Assembly: GCF_006345805.1 (NCBI RefSeq)
Contig: NC_043001.1
Span: 72,106,001-72,170,000 of the forward strand
DNA: 64,000 bases
Reading direction: 5' to 3'
DNA from: Octopus sinensis
Lineage: Eukaryota
This document shows, piece by piece, positions 1 through 13,278 of the stretch. Position numbers and translations under genes: made by a program. The notes under the pieces are model-generated. The model ran no database searches, was not told the DNA's origin, and saw only the letters and a program-made list of their open reading frames with translations. Position 1 is the stretch's first letter; each line of letters opens with the position of its first letter.

Positions 1-26
1 CCTCCGACATTCAAAGTTGGCTGTCA
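1..26 (+). CDS. CCDC191: CCDC191 exon 1 in window (3' part only), ..SDIQSWLS
   Basis: Consensus donor GTAAGT at 27-32; phase 0 joins exon at 1313, giving WLSNIE (human WIKRVE). Confidence 0.7.
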
Positions 27-140
27 GTAAGTATTTTATATATTAAATTTAAATTGAAGCAGTATGAAAAGAAAGATATTTTATATTTGTAAATTTCTTT
101 CGAATTAAAATCTTCAATAAACAATTACTGTTCTCGGTTG

Positions 141-266
141 ACTTGTAATCACTGCAGTCATTTTGACACAATTGGTTTTCCATAGTTTCTGTTCATCTTA
201 TTTACTTGTAATCACTACAGTGATTTTGACACAATTGGTTTTCCATAGTTTCTGTTTATCTTTTTA
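141..266 (+). repeat. Two-copy 63-bp tandem duplication
   Basis: ACTTGTAATCACT..GACACAATTGG..CATAGTTTCTGT starts at both 141 and 204. Confidence 0.85.
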
Positions 267-319
267 CCCCTGTCATATCCACACACACTCATTTAACTAC
301 AGAAAAGTTTATTACATAT

Positions 320-606
320 AATAATAATAATAGTAATAATAATAATAATAATAATGAAATTATTGTATACAGTGCTCAGGTGCACCACAACTTGTCAGAA
401 AGTGCATATAAAGTATATGCAGTAATGTACAAATGTCTGGAAAGCGAACAATGTATGAGTCAGATACATGCTTGTATGTGTATGGAGGGGAGAAAATCAG
501 GTGTAGTGTTGGCGAATATCAGAAAGCATGGAAGTTTTGAAGGATGCAGTGTTCCGACAACTAACAACTGATGCTGGCAGTTTGTTCCATGCTTCAGCAA
601 CTCTCA
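320..606 (-). mobile_element. CR1/L2-like LINE 3' end fragment
   Basis: Minus strand reads RVAEAWNKLPASVVSCRNTASFK* (typical CR1 ORF2 end), then a short UTR and a (TTA)n tail. Confidence 0.65.
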
Positions 607-1312
607 TATAAATTTGTACAAAAAGATGAATTGATCCAGCAAAGTCAGTTCAATGTTTTCCATTGGTTAAAACTGATTAATCAGCTTGGCTCAGCAAATT
701 GTTGGTGAACTCCTCCCTAGAGTCTAATGTTTGATATTAAAAGAAGGTAATTTCTAAAACTTCATCAGCAAGTATTTGGCTGCATTGGCTAGCTGTTGGA
801 TTAACTAATCTGTTTTATTTTATTAAGCATCATAGACAAGGGTATGGCTGTGTAGTTAAGAAGCTTTTCTGCAACCACGTGGTGATCCCACTAAGCAACA
901 TGCCGAGCAAGTGTCTTCTAACTTCTTCTATAGCCCCAGGCAAACCAATACCTTGTGGGTGAATTTGGTAAATGGAAACGCTGTCTGTGTGTGTGTGTGT
1001 TTATGTGTGTGTATGTGTTCTAAGCAACCATTATAATGAAATGTATGTAGGAACTAATAATATCATATATATATATAGGCACAGGTGTGACTGTGTGGTA
1101 AGAAGCTTGCTTCACAATCACATGGTTCTGCATAATATACAATAACTCAGGTAATAGTATTGATAAATTTAATACAAGGTAATGAAACACTGCATTAAAT
1201 TTAAGATTAAAATTGAACATTGGCTAGGGTCATAGTTGTTAATATGACTTATTTGGAAATAAATTTTTAAAAATTTTAGTTTTAACTTTTTAAAAATTCT
1301 TTTACCTTCCAG

Positions 1313-1457
1313 AATATTGAACCAACAATTCCAAGTCAAGGATATTTCCAGAACACTGATGATAAATCATATCCTTTTTCAAGGGTCAAATTCAAGCAGT
1401 CACTGGCCCAGATGACTTTAGACCAGTTACGACACCATGATGAAGCTCAAAAAGAAG
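1313..1457 (+). CDS. CCDC191: CCDC191 exon 2, NIEPTIPSQ...LDQLRHHDEAQKE
   Basis: Pyrimidine tract + CCAG acceptor, donor GTTCTT; phase 0 to 1; resembles human EQIEDHDEIYAEA. Confidence 0.85.
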
Positions 1458-1889
1458 GTTCTTCTCTCACTTCTCTCTCTCTCTGCCCCTTCTCTTCTGT
1501 TCTTCTCCCTCCCTCTCTCTCTCTCCCTATATATATATGAGAAAGAGAGATGACAAAACAATAAATGATTACCTTATGAACTTCGTTAACTTACAGCTCT
1601 TTCTACTATAATATGCAGTGCACTCATAGTTGAGTGCCTGAATAATACCTTATAGTTTCATTGGAGTCTTGAACATGAAGACTCTGACAAAGCTACAAGG
1701 TGTTATTCAGGTACCCAACTATGAGTCTACTGCATGATGATCATTTATTTCTTTGTCATCTCTCTTATTATTGTTCTCTATTCAGCTAGCACTTTGTTCT
1801 GAAACATAGGTATATTGAGTTCTACACTGGGTTATTAATATCACAATACCTTAGCAAAATATCAAAACCCAATATTAAAAACCAAAAAC

Positions 1890-2204
1890 GTGGCTTAGTG
1901 GTTAGGGCATTTGGCTCATGATTGTAAGGTCGTGAGTTCGATTCCCGGCGACGCGTTGTGTCCTTGAGCAAGACACTTTATTTCACGTTGCTCCAGTCCA
2001 CTCAGTTGGCAAAAATGAGTTGTACCTGTATTTCAAAGGGCCGGCCTTGTCACACTCTGTGTCACATTGAATCTCCCTGAGGACTACGTTAGAAGTACAT
2101 GCGTCTGTGGATTGCTCAGTCACTTGCACGTTAATTTCATGAACAAGCTGTTCCGTTGATTGTATCAGCTGGAACCCTCATCATCGTAACTGATGGAGTG
2201 CTCC
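1890..2204 (+). mobile_element. tRNA-derived SINE, family B (CORE-like); relatives at about 4405, 7925, 50284, 56262, 61120 (+) and 61450-61975 (-)
   Basis: A box TGGCTTAGTGG, B box GTTCGATTCC, then GTGTCCTTGAGCAAGACACTT resembling the MIR/CORE motif; ends next to (TA)n. Confidence 0.8.
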
Positions 2205-2213
2205 TTATATATA

Positions 2214-2280
<67 letters not shown>

Positions 2281-2520
2281 GGTATACCCTGGCACTTAAC
2301 CATCTCTCTCTTGCTCTCTCTTACACTTTTGCAGTTTCCTACTCTCTCTCTCTTTCCCTTCCTTTTCCCTCTAGCTGGGTAGCCATGTATCTCCTCTACT
2401 GCAGCACATCTATTTCTGCCCTCATTCTTGATCACTCTCTCTGTCTACTTCTCTTGTTTTTCCTATGACTAGGTAACCAAGAATCTCCTTTACATCAGCA
2501 CAGCTACTTCTGTCCACTTT

Positions 2521-2566
<46 letters not shown>

Positions 2567-3380
2567 TACCTCTTCTATAGCAAGACACCTATTTCTGCCT
2601 CTCTATTTCTCTGTCACACTCTAACCTTTCATCATCTGATACCAGGTCACTTCCTCCAGTGCTCCCTCTGTTATAGCAAGACGCTGTACCTCTTTTGGCA
2701 GGGCTTTTATGGCTGAATGCCCTTCCTAGCACCAGCCACTCTGCAGAGTGGCACTAGCACAGAGTTCAGTTTTGGCATGATTTTTACAGTTAAATGCCCT
2801 TCCAAATGTCAACCACTTTACAGTGTGGACTGGATACATTTTACATGGCACTGGCAGGGTCACCAAGTAACTTGCAAGACAAGGAATCTTGAGAGGGGCA
2901 AGGACATTGGAGGAGGGAACTTGTGTCAGATGATGAAAGGTTAGAGTGTGACAGAGAAATAGAGAGGCAGAAACAGGTGTCTTGTTATAATGGAGGGGGC
3001 ATTAGAGGAGGTGATCTGGTATCAACTGGTGAAAGGTTAGAGTGTGACAAAAGAACAGGGAGGTAGAAATAGGTGTCTTACTATAGAGGAGGTACATGGT
3101 TACCCAATGTGAGAGAGAGGGAACAAGAGAGAAAGGTACAAGAAAGCAGACAGAAACAGGTGTGCTGATGTAAAAGAGATACTTGGTACCTTGCTAGAGG
3201 GAAAAAGCAAGAGGAGTGAGAGAATTATCAAGAATGAGGGCAGAAAGAGGTGTGCTGCTCTAGAGGAGATACATGGCTACCCAGCTAGAGGGAAGAGCAA
3301 GCGAAAGAGAGAGAGAGTGGAAAACTGCAAAATTGCAAGAATGAGCAGGAGAGAGATGGTTGGGAAGTGCCAGGGTATAC
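2281..3380. repeat. Diverged inverted pair (about 2281-2685 vs 2975-3380) of a purine-rich repeat linked to the RTE 3' tail
   Basis: GGGTATACCCTGGCACTT at 2281 vs AAGTGCCAGGGTATACTC near 3365; ORFs 2220(-) and 3191(+) encode near-identical peptides; related copy at 8770-9235. Confidence 0.75.
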
Positions 3381-3779
3381 TCACAAGTAACAAGGATCAG
3401 AGCATCGATATGATAGAAGAGTAAGATAGAGAGAGATAAATGGTGGCAATTGCCAGGGCATGCCTTCAAGGTACAGGGATCATAGCATAAGCAGTCAGAT
3501 ATTGTCAAGAAGGTGCAAGTAGGGAGTGGGGATTGCAGTGAAACCTGGGTATAAAGATGGGGTAGGGGAAAGCAGCGATACAGTGAGCAGGGCAGTGAGG
3601 ACGGGGAAGGGGAGTGGGAGACAATCATAGTGTATGAAGAAAAAATGTAATGAAGAGAATGATGCAGTTTAGAAGAGGGGCTGGGTGTGTAAAAAGTTTA
3701 TTGTTACATGTGGGTGGGACACAACGCTTTTAGCACTCAGTTTCACTGACGTGAGTAGATCTTCTTTAGAACTTCATAT

Positions 3780-4310
3780 TGCCAAACATCTGCTGTCCAT
3801 TGTCATTTCCTCCATGAACCCTAAGATCCTGAGATTGGTCCTCACTACTTCATCTCATGTCTTCTGGGTCTCCCTCTTCCACAGGTACCATCCACTTTCA
3901 GTGATAGGCACTTCTATATACAGCTGTCTTTACTGTCTTTACTGATATGCACCACGTATCTAAACCAACACATTCTCTTCTCCTGCATGTCACATTTAAT
4001 TCCTCTTATGCATAACTTTTCTCTCAACACAGTTGTGCTTTGTCAGTCATGCACACTCATGTTGCAAATCCAATGGAGCATACTACCTTTATTCCTCTCC
4101 TGTCTATGCATGTCCTCCGCATTCAGAGACCATGTCTCACCATCATGGAATAGAGCCTTTGTAAACAAGCATCGTACAATCTACCTTTCACTCTGAGAGA
4201 GAGTCTGTTTGTTGCCAACAGCGGTAGTAGCTCTCTGAACTTCCTCCACCCTACTCTTATTCTAGAAACAAAACTGTCAGAGCATCCACCACTGTTACTA
4301 ATTTGGTCAC
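3780..4310 (-). mobile_element. Degenerate RTE LINE fragment (ORF C-terminus)
   Basis: Minus strand reads LREKLCIRGIKCDMQEKRMCW...GTCGRGRPR. Confidence 0.7.
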
Positions 4311-4786
4311 CTAAGTAGCAGAATCAATCAATCCATCCATCCATCCACTCATCCACCCACCCATCCAGCCAGTCGTCCATCCATTCATTCATTCATTAGT
4401 GAAGATACATGGTCGAGTGGTGAGAGTATTTGGGTTTATAATGTCATGATTTCAATTCCTGTACCAGGCAGTGTGTTGTGTTCTTGAACAAGGCAATATA
4501 TTTCATGTTACACAAGTCTGCTCAGTTGAACACGAATGCCAGTGTTGTGTTGATGTAGTCCTTTTCCCCTTCAGCTGCGCTGCTGGGTCAAGAGTAGGGC
4601 GGTCAAGAGGATGTCTGTGTTTGCTCATCACTATATAGGCACCTAAAAGAATTAGTGAAAGCATCATACCATCTTCCAGGTAATTCTTGCTTGTGTGAGA
4701 GGGCTAAGTTTTAGATTTTTGTATTAGTGAAGAAAACATTACAAATTTTTAATTAGTATATTTGTTTAATTGATTGTGTTTTGTTA

Positions 4787-7065
4787 TCATCATCATCATC
4801 ATCATTTAACGTCTGTTGTCCATGTTGGCATGAGTTGGACGGGTTGACCAGGGCTGGCAAGCTGGAAGGCTGCACCAGACTCCAGTCTGATTTGGCATGG
4901 TTTCTACAGCTGGACACCCTTCCTAACACCAACCACTCCAAGAGTGTGATGGGTGCTTATACATGCCACCAGCATGGGTGCCATTTGCATGACACCAGTA
5001 TTTGCCATGATTCACTTTCATGTGCCACCAGCATCAGCCACTTTACCTCCATGAGGCCCAACACTTGAAAGGTACTTTTTATATGACACCAGCATCAGCT
5101 ACGCCTATGATTTCAATTGGCTTGATGGGTCTTCTCAAGCACAGAATATAGCCAAAGGTCTTGGTCACTACTCAATGCCTCTATGAGGCCCAAAGTTCAA
5201 AGATCATGCTTCACCACATCGTCCCATGTCTTTCCACATCTATTTCTACCACAGGTTCCCTCCACAGTTAGAGATCAGCACTTCTTTACACAACTGTCCT
5301 TGTCCATATGCATCACATGACCATACCAACACAGTCGTCTCTCTTGTACACTACATCTGATGCCACTTTTGCCCAACTTTTCTCTCAGGATGCTTACACA
5401 CTGTCAAACATGCATACTGATATTGCACATCTAGTGAAACATACTAGCTTCATTTCTTTCAAGCCTGTGCATGTCCTCAGCTATCACAGCCCATGTTGCA
5501 CTGCTATGTAGCATAGCTATTTGCACACAGGCATCATACAATCTGCTTTTCACTCTGAGGGAGAGTCCCTTTGTAACCAGCAGAAGTAGAAGTTTTCTGA
5601 ACTTTGCCCAACCTAATCTTATACTCACAGCTACACCCTTAGAACATCCACCTCCACTACTAACTTGGTCACTTCTATATCGGAAGCTATCTCCTACATC
5701 TAGATTACCCCCTGGCAGTTGATGGAGTCTATTTTCTGTACATTTTATGTGTTTTTTGTACCTGTGCATCTTCCACACACAAAAGCTTTTTTCCATGTTA
5801 ACCTTCCTTTGATATTGCTGCACCTCTTCTGCACCCATAGCTTACACCGGGTACATCTTATGTAGTTTTTACCTATGTCTTTTCTACAGATCAAGCAGGG
5901 CCATCTACCTGAAGGGATTTGTGATTTGTCTGCCTTCCTACTTACTAAGACTTTGATTTTTGCTAGATTAACACTAAGGTGCTTCAATTCTAGACCTTGC
6001 TTCCATACCTGAAACTTCTCTAGTTCTGGTAGTGATTCAGCTAGAAGAACAAGGTCATCAGCATAGAGGAGCTCCCAGGGGTAACCTGTCTTAAATTCCT
6101 CTGTTATTGCCTGGAGGACTATGATGAACAAGAGGGGGCTGAGGACTGATCCTTGGTGAACCCCTACTTGTACTATGAATTCTTCGCTATACTTGTTGCC
6201 AACTCTCACCTTCCTGGTAGCATTCCTGTACATAGCTTGTGCAGCTCTCACCAACCACTCCTCTATCCCTAGCTTCCACATTGACCACCAGATAAGGGAT
6301 CAGGGGATCCTGCTAAAGGCTTTCTCCAAGTGAACAAAAGCCAAGTACAGAGGTTTATATTTGGCTGTGTATTTGTCCTGCAGTTGCCTTACCAGAAATA
6401 TTGCATCAGTGGTGCTTCTCCCTGGCACAAAACCAAATTGCATCTCATCTAAAATAACTCTCTCCCTAATTATTTGGTCTATGACCCTCTCCATAACTTT
6501 CATCACCTGATCCAACAATACGATACAGCTGTAATTATTTCTATCTAAGGCATCACCATTACCTTTGTTGACTATCATGCTGCAACACCAATCATTGGGT
6601 ATGACTCCTTCATGAACCACCTGATTTACAATATGGGTGATTAGACCATAACCCACACCACCAAATATTTTAAGCATCTCAGTGGTGATTCTTTATGGGC
6701 CGGGGGGCTTTCTCTGTCTACATATCCTTAGTTGCATCATCTACCAAGGTACTGTTGATTTGGATAGCTGGTCTCTCAGTCGGGTCAACATTTGGCTGGC
6801 TCTCCTCCTCTCGTTCATTCTCCTTGTTCAGCAGTCTTTCATAATGGCATTTCCAAGTCTCTTTCTTTGCAGAATCATTAAATGCAAGTTTACCATCATC
6901 CATGCGAACACATTTCTCTCTTATGACATCACCATTCTCTTTCACACACACTCTCTTGCAATTTGAAACACTTCAGGTCTTTGGTCCTCACATCACTGAA
7001 CATAAGCAAACTTCTTTTCTGCTTCTCCCTTGACTAGAAATATCTGTCGCCTATCTTCCCTTCTG
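4787..7065 (-). mobile_element. RTE-clade LINE, 5'-truncated, frameshifted; RT domain, PHD-like finger, 3' UTR, (GAT)n tail
   Basis: ORFs 6718, 6300, 5745 and 5431 (-) contain QFGFVPGRSTTDAIF, QGSVLSPLLF and YADD; (CAT)n at 4787. Confidence 0.93.
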
Positions 7066-7114
7066 GCTGTCTGTGATTGTTTTTTAAAAGTGTAATTGCT
7101 ATTGTGTATTGCAG

Positions 7115-7246
7115 CTGAAGATTTACTGAATGACTGGGTCCAGAAAAGCCTTTATGACTCTAATTTGGCTGACAAGGACAACCTATATGTCATAGATAAT
7201 AAGGAACTGGAAGAGGTACCATGTAAAGATTACTTGGACATTTACG
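7115..7246 (+). CDS. CCDC191: CCDC191 exon 3, AEDLLNDWVQK...DYLDIY
   Basis: TTGCAG acceptor, GTAATG donor; phase 1 to 1; within ORF 7096..7341. Confidence 0.85.
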
Positions 7247-8340
7247 GTAATGATCATAGTTCATTTTTCTATGTACTTCATTTTTACTTAATTTATTTTA
7301 TATATTTATTTTACAGCTCTTTTCTATCACCCTTCATGTAAAAGGAAATAGTATTTGACTCTTTCCACAACAAAAGTATTCTCCCCCTCTTTCAAATATC
7401 CATTTCTTCATGTGCCAATCTCTTCAACAGCACTGTTCTGTCTTCACTCTCATATGCAACTGAGATATGGGCTTCTAGGAAGACAGAAGATCAATTAGTG
7501 GCTATGACACAGAAAGCTATAGAAAAATCCATGCTAGGAATATCATTGCAGGAATTTATCCAAAATGAGTTTATTCAAGGATAGACTAGAGGGAATGATG
7601 TTTTTGTGAAATACTGAAAGCAAAAGGACTCGACTCATCACAAGGCTGACAAACACCATCATCATCATCATTACTTTATGTTTACTTTGCAATGCTGACA
7701 GATTATCACAATTCTAGTGTGTTCTTATTTGGAGTTTGTGTCCTCAGTGGATCAGAGGACCACATCTCTCTCCTACATTCCATTTATGGCATGGCTTCTA
7801 CTGCTGGATGCCCTTCCTAATACAAACCACTTTACAGAGTGTACTGGATGAATTTTATTCTAGCACAAACACCATACCCAGCAGCCCTAGGCTGAGCAAA
7901 ACCTTATGAGTAGATTTGAAAGAAGCGTGACCTAGTAAGGGTGTTGCTCTCATGATCACTAGATTTTGAGTTTGATTCCCAGCTTGGGTGGTATGTGTTT
8001 TTCAGCAAAACACTTCATTTCATGTTTCTCTAGTGGGTGGGAAAGTGCCAGTATCATTGGCACATTGGTTTTGCAGGTTCTGGTTCTCTATGTTCAAATT
8101 TCAACTGTCTGGAGAAGGCAATGGGAAATCACTCCAGTATTCATCCCAAGTCTAATCCTGGATGGCCGTAGTTCCAGTAGTCTACTTGATGGTAGCAGGA
8201 GAGGGTATGGGCTCACCCAGGTCACAGAGAGAGTGCTGAAGAAGGTTAACATGCACAGAACCTGCCCAAGTGTAGACCATCACTAAATTGATATTTATAG
8301 GTGAGTATTGTAGTTCACTCAAAGCATTGTGTATTGTTTG

Positions 8341-8747
8341 TGAAATATAACATGTCTTGAATGGCACAACAGTACAGAGTGGACTATAATAACTATTATA
8401 ATTTAATTATTCATAGTCTGATATAATATTTTGGAATATAAAAATTCCTTCTTGAGATATTGCAAGGAATTAATTGTGTCACTGCTATAATCGGTTTTCC
8501 AATAGTTAGTGAAATTTTTTTTTTTCGGAAGCATCTCTGCAGTGGTCTCAGGAAGCTTCATCCAGAATTCCTCATGGAAAGTGCGTGTGGGCAGCCATGT
8601 CTCAAGCACGTGTGTGTTGGCATATCCGCAGCACTGCTTCTAAGTTATGCATAATACATGCAGTTATTATAATCCACTCTGCATTGTTGTGTCAGTTATT
8701 ATAGTCCACTCTACAATGTTGTGCCATTCAAGACACATTATATTTCA
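8341..8747. mobile_element. MITE with about 54-bp TIRs
   Basis: TGAAATATAA..GTCTTGAATGGCACAAC..GAGTGGACTATAATAACT (8341-8394) is inverted at 8694-8747; TA on the right flank; extra subterminal repeat at about 8662. Confidence 0.8.
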
Positions 8748-9672
8748 TATATATATATATATATAAAATCATCATCATCTTCCATGCATGCATGGGTAGG
8801 ACAGTTCACAGGAGCTAGCCAAGTAGAAAAACTACCCTATGCTACTGAGTCTGTTTTGGCAGGGTGTTTATGGCTGGATGCCCTTCCTTACACCAGCCAT
8901 TCTGCAGAGAGAACTCAGTGCTATTTATGTGGCACTAGCACAGGCGAGGTTAGTTTTGGCATGACTTTTACAGCTGGATGTCCTTCCAAATGCCAACCAC
9001 TTTACAGTGTGGACTAGATGCTTTTTACATGGCACCAGCACTGGCAGGGTCACCATGTAACTTGCAAGACAAGAAATTATGAGAGGGGCAGGGGCATTTG
9101 AGGAGGGGAACTCATGTCAGAGGATGAGAAGTTAGAGGATGACAAAAGATAGAGAGGCAGAAACAGGTATATTGCTATAACGGAGGGTGTATTGGACAAG
9201 GTGATCCAGTATCAGATGATGAAAGGTTAGAATGTGTCAGAGATGTGTGTGTGTGTGTGTGTGTGTGCGCGCTCTTCTATATATGTATGTATGCATGTGT
9301 ATGTTTTTGTTTCCGTCGTGTTTGCTGGTTTATATACAAAAGCTTCTTGACCATGCCATTGGCTTGCAGTCCACTATCAAAGGATATCCAGACTTCCTGA
9401 CATGTCTTGACAAGTTACACAAAAGGTTCTTAAAAAGCATTGTTTCTTTCCAGCTCCAAGCATAAAACACATCCAGGCTGTTAGGTGGTCAACAGACTGG
9501 GCTATTATTATGTCATCTGGAGACATGTGGGGGTTGGCTACAAGAAGGGATTCTGACTAAGAAAATCTACCTCAACGTTCTAAACAATCTATCTGCTCCA
9601 TGCAAGCATGGAAAAGTAGATGTTAAAGTGACAATGGTGACAATAATATATACATGTGTGTGAGTGTGTGTA

Positions 9673-10763
9673 CAGGGGTTGGACAAAATAATGAGAACAC
9701 CTAGCATCATAGCATCATAATTTTGAAATATCTGTAATACTGTCAAAAGTTTGTTTGTTTTTTGATTTATTATTAGTGTTGCTTAATATGTTTTGCTAAA
9801 ATTGCTGTTTCTTTGCAGATATCATCAGAAAAAGGTAATTAAAATTCATTAAAATGACAGATTTATCAGACTTTCAAAGAAGTGAAATTGTTGGTGCTCA
9901 TATGGCAGGTGCTAGCGTAACGAAAACAACCGAAATGTTTGGTGTATCAAGAAGTACTGTCTCGAAAGTAATGACAGCCTTTGAGAAAGAGGGGAAAACC
10001 TCCTCCTCAAAACAAAATTCAAGAAGAAAACCCAAACTTTTAGATAGGGACCGTCAGACTCATATGCGAATTGTTAGAATCGATCACAAAAGTACAGCTC
10101 CCAAAATTACTGCAGAGCTTAATGACCACCTCAAGAACCCAGTTTCCACAAAAACTGTTCGACGGGAGCTGCACAAAGCTGCATTTCATGGGAGGGCTGC
10201 AATCAGAAAACCACTACTTTCAAAAAGCAGTGGAAGAATGTTATTTTCTTGAACAAGAATCCTTTACCTCATTTCCGACCGCCGACTGAGTATATCTTGG
10301 AAATCTGTCGGCCCAATAGTTTACCTTCATGGCAGAATTAATAGTCGAGACTATTTAAGCATTTTATCTGATCAAATTCATCCTATGGTTGTGGAACTGT
10401 TTCTGGAAGGAAATACAATCTTTCAAGATGATAATGCACCAATTCACACAGCTAAGGTTGTTACTGAATGGCACAAGGAACATTCTAGTTAAGTTGAACA
10501 TCTTATCTGGCTACCACAGTCCCCAGATCTCAATATTATTGAACATTTACAGTGCATTTTAGAAAAACAAGTAAGGAGTCGATATCCTCCACCATCATCA
10601 CTACAAGAACTGGAGATTGTTTTAGCTGATGAATGTACAAAAATTCCTTTGGAAACAATTCAAATTTTGTACGAGTCCATACCTTGTAGAATTCAAGCTA
10701 CCTCATATTAAAATAAATTTGTTTGAAATTTTAAGGTGTTTCCTTTATTTTGTCCAACCCCTG
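9673..10763 (+). mobile_element. Tc1-like transposon, full length, degenerate transposase with DD36E spacing
   Basis: TIRs CAGGGGTTGGACAAAATAA / TTATTTTGTCCAACCCCTG with TA on both sides; HTH ORF 9854..10252; FQDDNAPIH...SPDLNIIE. Confidence 0.93.
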
Positions 10764-11094
10764 TATGTATATATTAACTTTGAGAAGAGTAACTAGGTAA
10801 CCAGGTGCTCTGTTCTGTGGCTAATCAATAAATCAAATTAAGGATTAATTGAAAATACCTACCACAATCTGCAGCAGTTGCATTTGTGCTAGGCTGTTTG
10901 TAACATGTAAGCTACATAAATTGTTTATAATGCATCTTCATTCTTTGTTTTGTGTGTGTGTGTGTGTGTGAGAGAGAGGGACAGTATTTTCAAATACTTT
11001 TCTAGGTATCCATAGCTAATCTTTATTGCAATTGTCCAGACTTCATACTTTTCCATGGTGTAAATATATAAATATTTTTTATTGTGTCTTTCAG

Positions 11095-11261
11095 AAACAG
11101 ACTCACGTTTGGATTTCAATGAAGATGAAGCACTGGAAACTGTGTTGCAAAACATGCTTAAGAAAGAGTTGGTCCCTAAAAGGATTTTCTCTAATTTAGG
11201 ATTAGATAATTCAAAACAACAACATGACCCTTCTGTGAAAATGGAACTGAGGCGGCAACAG
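11095..11261 (+). CDS. CCDC191: CCDC191 exon 4, ETDSRLDF...DPSVKMELRRQQ
   Basis: TTTCAG acceptor, GTTTGT donor; phase 1 to 0; conserved DPxxxMExRxxQ motif. Confidence 0.9.
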
Positions 11262-11709
11262 GTTTGTAATTATGACAATTTTATTCTAAAAAATAAAACG
11301 AAGTAAGAAGTGTATGTGATAAGATTTTACCATTAATGAGTGTTATGTAAGTTTGTAGAGTTCCAAACTTATTTAATCCAAAGAAATTGTATTTAGTTAT
11401 AATTTCTATGTGAATATATCTTCAATGGTCACAAATCTCCAATGGTTTACTGGACATTACTTAAGTTACAAGAACTGACCACTATGATACATAAAATTGA
11501 TCTGGCCTAACTGAAATAATTTTGATTTGTCTTTATCAGTAAAGTTCTGTATAGATGTGAGGTAATAGTCAAATATTTGTAGCTGTGGGCTATGTACATC
11601 AGAATATATATATAGCTGTGTGGTTGTGTGATGTGGCTATCAGAATGTATATACTTGTGTGGTGTATATGTGTATATGCATATGTGTGTGTATGTATGTA
11701 TGTATGTAT

Positions 11710-13207
11710 GAATCGAAGGGCCTTAGAATCAACATAGCTAAAACCAAAGTCTTAATAAGTAGGAAGGCAGACAAACCACAAATCCCTTCAGGTAGATGGC
11801 CCTGCTTGATCTGTAGAAAAGGCGTAGGTAAAAACTCCATAAGATGTACTCAGTGTAAGCTATGGACACATAAGTGCAGCAATATCAAAGGAAGGCTAAC
11901 TGAGAAGATAGTTTTGGGATGTGGCAAATGTTCAGGAGCAACAAACACTGAAAATGTGCAGAGAACAGCTTCTGTCACATTCCAGGGAGAAAAACTACAA
12001 GTTGTTGATAGCTTCCATTACCTAGGTGACCAAGTCAGTAGCTGGGGTGGAGGCTCTGTAAGTGCAGCTGCTACAATAAGAATAGCCTGGACAAAGTTCA
12101 GAGAGCTCCTACCTCTGCTGGGAACAAAGGGCCTCTCACTCAGAGTAAAAGGTAGATCGTATGACGCATATGTACGAACAGCCATGCTACATGGCAGTGA
12201 AATATGAGCCATGGCTGCTGAGGACATGCGTAAGCTTGCAAGGAATGAAGCCAATATGCTCTGTTGGATGTGTAATGTCAGTGTGCATACACGACAGAGT
12301 GTAATTGCCGTGAGAGAAAAGTTGGACTTGAGAAGCATCAGATGTGGTGTGCAAGAGAGACGACTGCGTTGGTATGGTCATGTGTTGCGAATAGATAAGG
12401 GCAGCTGTGTAAAAAAGTGTCACACCCTAGCAGTTGAGAGAACCTGTGGAAGAGGTTGACCCATGAAGACCTAGGATGAGGTGGTGAGGCACGACCTTTG
12501 AAAACTGGGCCTCTCTGGGGCAATGACTAGTGACCAAGACCTTTGGAGATATGCTGTGCTTTAGAAGACCCGACAAACCAAGTGAGATCATAGCCCATGG
12601 CCTATGCCAGTGAGTGTAACCAGCCCACTTATGAATACCTCTCATTCATTGGACAATAAACTTTCCTTGTGAAGACCTATTGAAGCAAGTGAAATCAAAA
12701 TCAAAATCGCTGACGTCGCCAATGATAGTACCACCTGATTGGCACTTGTGCCAGAGGAACATTAAAAGCACCATCCAAGTGTGATCATTGCTAGGGCCGC
12801 TGACTGACTCCCTTGCCAGTGGCACATAAAAAGCACCATTCGAGTGTGATCATTGCCAGCGTCACCTTACTAGCACATGGGCCAGTGGCATGTGGAAAAC
12901 AACATTTGAGCGTGGTCGTTGCCAGTGCTGCTGGACTGTCTTCTGTGCAGGTGGCACATAAAAAACACCTTTTGAGCATGGTCATTGCCAGTACCACTTG
13001 ACTGGCCCTCGTGCCAATGACATGTAAAAGCACCCACTACACTCTTGAGTGGTTGGCGTTAGGAAGGGCATCTAGCTGTAGAAACTCTGCCAGATCAAAT
13101 TGGAGCCTGGTGCAGCCTTCTGGCTCGCCAGTCCTCAGTCAAACTGTCCAACCCATGCCAGCATGGAAAGCGGACTTTAAACGACAACAATGACGATGAT
13201 GATGATT
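11710..13207 (+). mobile_element. RTE LINE 3' portion
   Basis: ORFs 11659 and 12211 match the RTE C-terminal region; 3' UTR ends in (GAT)n then (TA)n. Confidence 0.92.
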
Positions 13208-13278
13208 TATATATATATATATTTATGGAGATGTACTTGCATAGTGAGTGACTTGATCTGAGATCGTGTGCTGGAACG

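Noticed and set aside
1890-1965. tRNA gene
   Set aside because: A/B boxes run directly into a repeated SINE body and no complete acceptor stem is seen
7217-7222. Alternative exon 3 donor GAG|GTACCA
   Set aside because: Gives phase 0, incompatible with the phase-1 acceptor of exon 4
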